Shown: one piece after another, positions 58,475 to 64,000 of the stretch | Position numbering within the stretch: the first letter of the stretch is position 1 | How the letters are laid out: each line of letters opens with the position of its first letter | Source of the DNA: Nitrosopumilaceae archaeon | GTDB lineage: Archaea; Thermoproteota; Nitrososphaeria; Nitrososphaerales; Nitrosopumilaceae | Length of the DNA: 64,000 bases | Direction: 5' to 3' | NCBI GenBank assembly: GCA_965214835.1 | Contig: CBDCCK010000002.1 | Coordinates: 1,152,001-1,216,000 of the forward strand | The notes under the pieces: generated by a model | What the model saw: the letters and a program-made list of their open reading frames with translations, nothing else | Database searches by the model: none | Told to the model about the DNA's origin: nothing | Made by a program: the position numbers and the translations under genes

Positions 58475-58983
58475 CGCCTTTTGAGCCCCTTTGGCAGGTA
58501 GATGTACCCGATGACTATTGCGAACATTGCAGCGCCTGCCGTAATCGCTACTATGAAGATGTATCCGAACGGGTTCTGGGTGCTCATGTTGAAGGTGTAC
58601 GTCAGCAGGCCCTTTTGGCCCTTGTCGTACACGTCCACCTTGAAGATGTGGTTTCCGCTGGTCTCAAATGTATAGTCCGTCTGCCAGTGGCCCCCGTCGA
58701 TGTACTGCGGCGGGATGGTCCGTATCAGCTCGTTGTTGAAAAAGATCCTGATCCCCATGTTAAAGCGGTCCACCTCGTTGAGATCCCTGTCTGTCAGCCT
58801 GAAGAGGATCTGCGACGTCTCGCCTACCTGTGGGAACTCTGGCAGCGTTGCCACCTGCATGCGAAAGTCCCCTATGGTCTGCTCTGCCGAGTTGAACAGC
58901 GAGTGTGCACCGGCTCCGGGTACTGCGGCCATCGATACTATCATGACGCATGACAGCAAAAAACACGAAGCCTCTTTTTTCAT
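58471..58983 (-). CDS. Secreted, C-terminally anchored hypothetical protein
   Basis: Signal peptide ending AH, Ig-like beta region, C-terminal TM. Confidence 0.7.
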   Translation of the reverse strand: MKKEASCFLLSCVMIVSMAAVPGAGAHSLFNSAEQTIGDFRMQVATLPEFPQVGETSQILFRLTDRDLNEVDRFNMGIRIFFNNELIRTIPPQYIDGGHWQTDYTFETSGNHIFKVDVYDKGQKGLLTYTFNMSTQNPFGYIFIVAITAGAAMFAIVIGYIYLPKGLKRR

Positions 58984-59082
58984 ACGGTTCTCAGATGGGA
59001 TCCGGAAGAATATATTACAACACAATTATCGCGCAAAAAATTGTCAAAACCTTTAAATGCTCACTGTCAAGAACACCAACCG

Positions 59083-59685
59083 TTGACTGTAGTGAGCAAA
59101 TCAATCGACATCAAGACCCCCGTCGATACGGTCTTTACGTATTTTGCAAGGCCCGAGCACGTCTCTGATCAGATGACTGACAAGGGCGTAGGCATGACCG
59201 TCATTCCCATGGATATCAAGGAGGGGATGGGGGTCGGCACGACATTTAGAATTATCAGCGACTTTGGCGGCAAGAGGCTGGAGTGGGACTGCAAGACGAC
59301 CGAGTTTGTCCGGGAGGAAAGAATCAGCGCGGTACAGATCGAGGGCCCGTTTAAAAGATGGGAGATTACCAACCAGTTCGAGTCGCTAGGCGCGAACCTG
59401 ACGCGGGTTACAATGACCGTCGACTATGAGATGCCCTTTGGGCCGCTAGGCGCAATCATGGACAAGGCAAAGTTTGCAAGATCCGCAGAGAGGGGGATGG
59501 AGACGTCACTTTACAAGGTAAGGGGCCTGCTGGAGGGAAACGGCTCGATTCCCGTATATATCACGCTGGATGCATACCAGAAACTGCTTGCAGAAAAGAA
59601 AAAGATGAACAACATCCCCGTATCGACTGTCCTCAATACCATCATCGAAAAATACGAGCAGGCAGAGGCACAAATCCAAAGCTAG
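59083..59685 (+). CDS. SRPBCC (START/polyketide cyclase-like) protein with C-terminal RHH-like tail
   Basis: SIDIKTPVDTVF, EGPFKRW, TRVTMTVDYEMPFGPLG; start TTG 59083. Confidence 0.8.
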   Translation: MTVVSKSIDIKTPVDTVFTYFARPEHVSDQMTDKGVGMTVIPMDIKEGMGVGTTFRIISDFGGKRLEWDCKTTEFVREERISAVQIEGPFKRWEITNQFESLGANLTRVTMTVDYEMPFGPLGAIMDKAKFARSAERGMETSLYKVRGLLEGNGSIPVYITLDAYQKLLAEKKKMNNIPVSTVLNTIIEKYEQAEAQIQS

Positions 59686-59739
59686 TCTTTCCTCTTTATA
59701 TCAAGATTAATAACGACTCTGGCGCCCGCTAACCTTGTC

Positions 59740-59814
59740 GGGTCTATGGCTCAGCCAGGCTAGAGCACCGGACTCTTAATCCGGCTGTCGGGGGTTCGAA
59801 TCCCTCTAGACCCG
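59740..59814 (+). tRNA. tRNA-Lys(CTT)
   Basis: GGGTCTA/TAGACCC acceptor stem, CCGGA CT CTT AA TCCGG anticodon arm, GTTCGAATC T-loop. Confidence 0.96.
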
Positions 59815-59989
59815 CCTGTTTTCTTGCATCCCCTTGAGGCGATATCGCAGTCACCCACCTGCCGGATCAGTGGATCCGGCAGCCTGCCATTGCCCACCAT
59901 ATGCATGGGGGCTTCCTTCCATGTGTGCTGCCTGCCGGATTCTGGCTCTGCTGCCATGCCGGGCTCGTACATGAGCGAAAAGTCAAACG

Positions 59990-60483
59990 GCTCTGCATTG
60001 TGATGGATCCCCATTACAGCCACGGGGTCATATCCATGCAGCCCAACAAGAAGCCAAGGGGGGGGGGGGCAATCTTACAAAGAAACAGCGGGCGCAGAAC
60101 AGGAGGATAGACAGCAAGAGGGTGATAGTAGAGCACGCCATAGGGCGCATCAAGCAGTACAAGCGGATGCGTGATCTGTACGACGGGACCGCCGAGGAGT
60201 TCGACAGGGAGTTCCAGGTGACGGCCGGGCCTGCCAACTTTATGCTGCTGTGGGACAAGCGGAACAAGAAGCTCATGTATGAGTTCTGATACCACGATAC
60301 GGAGCGCATTGCGGCGCCACACGATGCCGCACGACATTGTCGTTTTTACCAGCTGTAATGGCTCGTAGCTACACTATATACGGACTGTGCCGCCCTCATG
60401 CACGTCATGTGATGCCGTCAGCCTTGCATGTATGGCCGGTCACCGTCGGAATATTTCGATCCGGTCGTTTACGCATAAGGTCT
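59990..60483 (+). pseudogene. IS5/ISL2 (DDE_Tnp_4-like) transposase C-terminal remnant with right end
   Basis: PNKKPRGG(frameshift in G12)NLTKKQRAQNRRIDSKRVIVEHAIGRIKQY...stop ~60288; terminus TTTACGCATAAGGTCT. Confidence 0.8.
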
Positions 60484-60714
60484 AACGATCATCAGTATAG
60501 GAACTAACTGCGGGATCGCCTAACAAATGGATGAAGATGGTACTGGGGGAAGGCCCCGAATGGATACATGTCCACCCATCCTTTGGAAGTGGATCAACCC
60601 TAGCGAAAGCAATGCACCATGTCACGAAATCCAGGAAAATGCTTGAAAAGAGTTCACATGGATACTGACAGTATTATCATTTTGACTTAATTAGTTGTGT
60701 GTTGAATAATCTAA

Positions 60715-61230
60715 TCATGTGAGACCTGCATCCCCAACATCCGAAACTGATACACTATCAGTAGTGTTGTGTGCAGCCCATAGATATGGATCTCCCAATT
60801 GATTAGTATAATCTACATACCATTCTAATTTTGACAAAATTGTTCTACGTTTTAGAATGACTGGGGGATCTCCTTGTATCACAAATTCATTCCAAGGTTC
60901 AAAAGGCTGGTCTTGTATGTAGCTTGTTAATTCCATTTTCTTTGCTTTCTTCATATCTTCTGGTGTGGGATTTGATGTGGGTTCTTTTTTCTTTCCTCTA
61001 TTGGTAAATGAAACAATCATTTGTCCTCCAACCATGAATGTTGGATCAGTGGATATTTTTTGATTTGGCGGTATTTTTTCATCAGGAACTTGCATAATGT
61101 TAGCTGGGATATTCACCAAGCGTAATGTTCCTTGTACTTGGGAATGATCAATTTCATATGTGTTATACTGAATCTTTTTAATTCGAAATAATTTATCAAC
61201 AAGATCTTTTGGGTTTATTCGAACCGACAT
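60715..61230 (-). CDS. Hypothetical protein, probable distant homolog of OrfX1 (OrfX2)
   Basis: AT-rich; EPWNEFVIQG..VILKRRTILSKLEWY..TNQLGDPY resembles the OrfX1 C-terminal repeat. Confidence 0.7.
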   Translation of the reverse strand: MSVRINPKDLVDKLFRIKKIQYNTYEIDHSQVQGTLRLVNIPANIMQVPDEKIPPNQKISTDPTFMVGGQMIVSFTNRGKKKEPTSNPTPEDMKKAKKMELTSYIQDQPFEPWNEFVIQGDPPVILKRRTILSKLEWYVDYTNQLGDPYLWAAHNTTDSVSVSDVGDAGLT

Positions 61231-61233
61231 TTT

Positions 61234-61587
61234 CTAGACTCTTGTTTTCTTTGTAAGTAAAATTACTTGTAGGTTATCATTATATAACCTGTCAGCGTTA
61301 TCTATTGCTTCCAGTATATGAAGCACATCATTTGAAGATTGAATTTCTTGTTCGTTTTCATGAATTTGTTCTCTTGTTTGATTATTACTAGCTCGTTTGA
61401 AATAATTTATCTTAAATGGAATTTGTTCAGTTTCTGGAATGTCTTGGTTTATTGCTAATTGTTTTGCTTGAATCATTGCCTTGTCATAACCACTTTCAGT
61501 TAATGCAGAATAATTGCATTGTTTTGCTTGAATCATTGCCTTGTCATAACCACTTTCAGTTAATGCAGAATAATGCACATAGGACAT
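61234..61587 (-). CDS. Hypothetical protein with a duplicated 20-aa unit
   Basis: YSALTESGYDKAMIQAKQ occurs twice; 3 bp before OrfX2. Confidence 0.55.
   Translation of the reverse strand: MSYVHYSALTESGYDKAMIQAKQCNYSALTESGYDKAMIQAKQLAINQDIPETEQIPFKINYFKRASNNQTREQIHENEQEIQSSNDVLHILEAIDNADRLYNDNLQVILLTKKTRV
61458..61574. repeat. Tandem direct repeat, 60-bp period, two copies
   Basis: ATTGTTTTGCTTGAATCATTGCCTTGTCATAACCACTTTCAGTTAATGCAGAATAAT at 61458 and 61518. Confidence 0.95.
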
Positions 61588-61841
61588 ACATAAGATTCAA
61601 AATTGCCTACATGTTCCCCATACATTTTGAATGGAGCACTTTTTTTCTGTAACGATATAAAACATCTAGGACAACCTATATCGCCACTACTGTTTCTAAT
61701 GGGAGACTTGTTCATGATGTTAGTGCGCTATATCTTAATAAATACTTACTAAAGTAAGTTGAAAGTAAATCATTCCTGCTCAGGTTCTGTGCAATCTTGG
61801 ACACCTGAAATGTGGATCTTCTCAGGATTGAAATCTTGTGC

Positions 61842-62065
61842 CTAGGCAGAATCCTTGCCCAAGCTGGCGTTCTGGATTATGGTCTTCCACTTGTTCGTGC
61901 CGTCCACGCTTATCAGGGCCGATTCTGCCGGTGTCTGGCCGTTCAATGAACCGTGCTTTTTTGTGAAATTATAGTAAACCCTCATTCCATCAAGGATTGC
62001 AGTGTAGGTCTTTTTGAGGCCTCTGAATACCTTCTCACGGTCTCTAATCTCGCCGTTGAGCCTGC
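61842..62065 (-). pseudogene. IS6-like/DDE transposase C-terminal remnant
   Basis: RLNGEIRDREKVFRGLK...YYNF.KKH.SL.GQTPAE...KWKTIIQNA. Confidence 0.75.
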
Positions 62066-62419
62066 CCCAAGGGAGGATGCGGCATGGTGGCGCCGGATTC
62101 GGCATACGGCCCGTACTATAACTGCCGCCTGATTGCAGGCAGTGGTTGCGCGGCCTTGCATCGTCCCTAGAAAACATCGAGAAAACCCTGAAAGAAAAAC
62201 CCAAGCGGCCAGATTTTTTCTTGGCCGAGCCTGTCACTCCAACCCATTTCGTCCCCTAGCGCAAGCTACGGATCGACTCGGCGGATGGGTGTGCAGGATG
62301 ATTCCCTGCGTAACGGATCGTGTTCTGAAGGCTGCCGATTCCAGGCACAAGCCCTATTTTGATCGGCATTCGTTGGTAGCAAGATTCGCGTCTGAGCTGC
62401 CAGAGCCTGGCCTGTTGCG

Positions 62420-63583
62420 TTACGCAAGCCTTCTCAGCCACTCCCTGAAAAACGCATCAGAGATGACATAGACATCACCCTCTTTTTCCAGCAGTCCCCT
62501 CTCTTCTAGCGTCTTGACTGCCTTTGCCACACTAGATGGGGATCCAAGGGAATATCTTGCCCTAAACTCTGAAGAGTAAATCTCCCTGTCATCATCAGAA
62601 TCTGCCATGGACAAAAGCAGAGTCCTCTGCTTTCCTTTTACAGAGTCCCACAAGAAAGCATACGCATAGTTTTGGTTCTTTAGCACCTGCTCTGTCGCGT
62701 CAGAAGTTATCTTCTCTGTGACATGATCCGTCTTTCTTGACTTGCAAAGATTCCATATTTCATGACACATCTGCTGCGTATAATATGGGTGTGACTCGCT
62801 TATCCCCAATATCTTTTTTGTTACATCGTCGGAGATTTTGATTCCGGTTTTTTTGAGCTTGTCCCTGATGAATGCTGCAAACTCTTTTTGCGGAATCTTG
62901 CCGAGGTTGAATGATTTTCCAATCCGGAACAGCGCCTTGTTTTTGTCACTGAATATCTGGTCCATGAGGTGCCTCTGGCTTCCCATAAAGACGTATGATA
63001 CGGACTTGTGGTTCTGGATCTTTGATCTTAGGTTTTTTTCAATCTCTGCTCCATCAAGCCTTGTTATCTCCTGGAACTCATCAAATACGACGACCATCCT
63101 TTTTTTCCTCTTTTTTGCAACCTTTTCAGGCAGGTCATAGAGATTGGTCAGTACAGAGTCGACGTCTCCTTTTGCCTTTGAGAGTTCCAATTCCACACCA
63201 CCACCGCTCTGCAGATCAGAGGTTCCTTCCGGCCTTATGACCAGTTTTACCGGAGGGATGAGATCCCTTATCAGCCCTACTATCTCGTCAAGCTTTCCTG
63301 CCTTTGCCTTTGCAATCGAGCTTGCAAAAATGTCTGCAAGCTTTTCCTTGCTTGTTGCAGGATACAAGTCAACGTACACGCAGATTACCTTTTTTTTCTC
63401 AAGCTCCCTTATTGCCTTGAGGATTAGCGATGTCTTGCCGTATCTTCGAGGCGAGAACAGTATGATGTTGGTTCTGCCTGCCAGATCAGATACGAGTTCT
63501 GCAAGCTCGTCTTTTCTATCTGCAAAATACTGGCCGCTCACTATGGTACCAAAGACAAAGGGATTTTCTTCCAATGATTGCAT
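62420..63583 (-). CDS. Archaeal-type P-loop ATPase with C-terminal winged HTH
   Basis: NPF..G, F.DRKDEL, Walker A SPRRYGKTS, Walker B VVFDEFQE, GS, HPYYTQ, DAFFREWL. Confidence 0.9.
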   Translation of the reverse strand: MQSLEENPFVFGTIVSGQYFADRKDELAELVSDLAGRTNIILFSPRRYGKTSLILKAIRELEKKKVICVYVDLYPATSKEKLADIFASSIAKAKAGKLDEIVGLIRDLIPPVKLVIRPEGTSDLQSGGGVELELSKAKGDVDSVLTNLYDLPEKVAKKRKKRMVVVFDEFQEITRLDGAEIEKNLRSKIQNHKSVSYVFMGSQRHLMDQIFSDKNKALFRIGKSFNLGKIPQKEFAAFIRDKLKKTGIKISDDVTKKILGISESHPYYTQQMCHEIWNLCKSRKTDHVTEKITSDATEQVLKNQNYAYAFLWDSVKGKQRTLLLSMADSDDDREIYSSEFRARYSLGSPSSVAKAVKTLEERGLLEKEGDVYVISDAFFREWLRRLA

Positions 63584-63605
63584 GCTGAGGCATGGAGTTA
63601 ATAAG

Positions 63606-63640
63606 ATTTCGCTATTTGGCGAGTCGCTATTTGGCGAAAT
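63606..63640. promoter_or_regulatory. Tandem quasi-palindromic operator-like site
   Basis: TCGCTATTTGGCGA twice (63609-63622, 63624-63637), framed by ATTTCGC/GCGAAAT, just upstream of the ATPase start. Confidence 0.55.
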
Positions 63641-63742
63641 ATGTCGAATGGTATTTCATAATTTGCCAGTGTCCGTAGTACACGCATCAAAAATTGCAAC
63701 ATAATTTTGACACATCGTGCCTATTTCGATAAGAAAACCCCC

Positions 63743-63864
63743 TTATCTGACATCATACTCCTCCCCTGCCTGCCCGTCAATAGCGGTTTCCCCCTCGGGC
63801 ATCTTTCTGACAAATGCCTGCGCGGGCGTCTCCTGGTTGTCCCAGTCCAGCGACCTGTGGGGCC
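63743..63864 (-). pseudogene. IS481-like transposase C-terminal remnant
   Basis: RPHRSLDWDNQETPAQAFVRK resembles RTHWSLDMGRTETPRMAF of the IS481 at 38186. Confidence 0.65.
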
Positions 63865-64000
63865 TGTAGTCAACACATAAAAAAAACGGATTGTTTTGAC
63901 AGCTGTTTTTGGCCCAAAGATCTAAGATCAGGCAGACCACACGCACATGCACTAGAAAACAGACAGAATTCGTAGCATCAAAGGGTAAATTCCTGCCATG
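63865..64000. mobile_element. MITE/IS-end family G (runs off window)
   Basis: Reverse-complement similarity to 42122-42257. Confidence 0.7.

Noticed and set aside
60058-60069. G12 tract as a phase-variation switch (also the G run near 49365)
   Set aside because: It lies in a 5'-truncated transposase remnant or non-coding DNA, so no intact gene would be switched; could also be a homopolymer error.
60490-60670. Possible hicA/hicB remnant next to OrfX2
   Set aside because: The plus-strand translations I examined show no GSH or T.G.T.EEA motif.
61458-61574. Possible mini-CRISPR array
   Set aside because: Only two copies with a 3-bp gap, no spacers, in-frame within an ORF, and no cas genes.
59815-64000. 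Integrated provirus or plasmid at tRNA-Lys
   Set aside because: No integrase, no duplicated tRNA 3' end and no viral genes within the window; only IS debris and small islands.

Overview
Chromosomal window from an ammonia-oxidising archaeon (Nitrososphaerota, Nitrosopumilaceae-like). The assignment rests on rpl44e/rps27e, thermosome, tetraether synthase (tes), the AOA-type complex IV operon with a tandem blue-copper protein, late cobalamin genes, F420 enzymes and two archaeal tRNAs. The relatively GC-rich backbone is interrupted by (i) a surface-glycan biosynthesis/tailoring region (~18.6-47.6 kb) and (ii) a small island downstream of tRNA-Lys (~59.8-64 kb). Both are dense in IS elements (IS66, IS630, IS3, IS481, IS5/ISL2, ISH3-like, IS6-like) and at least seven families of short repeats, mostly MITEs; this is reminiscent of host-associated AOA but is only inference. 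The most unusual signals are: a tandemly duplicated, mosaic GT-C (ArnT/PMT-like) membrane glycosyltransferase fused to an apparently circularly permuted LamG/ConA-like domain; an AT-rich hicB-hicA-orfX module whose internally duplicated OrfX has a distant paralog in the second island; an LpxA-like acyltransferase in an archaeal glycan cluster; and a layered MITE/IS history readable from target-site duplications. No CRISPR array, rRNA, reverse transcriptase or prophage was seen. All product calls are from motif recognition by eye, not database searches.
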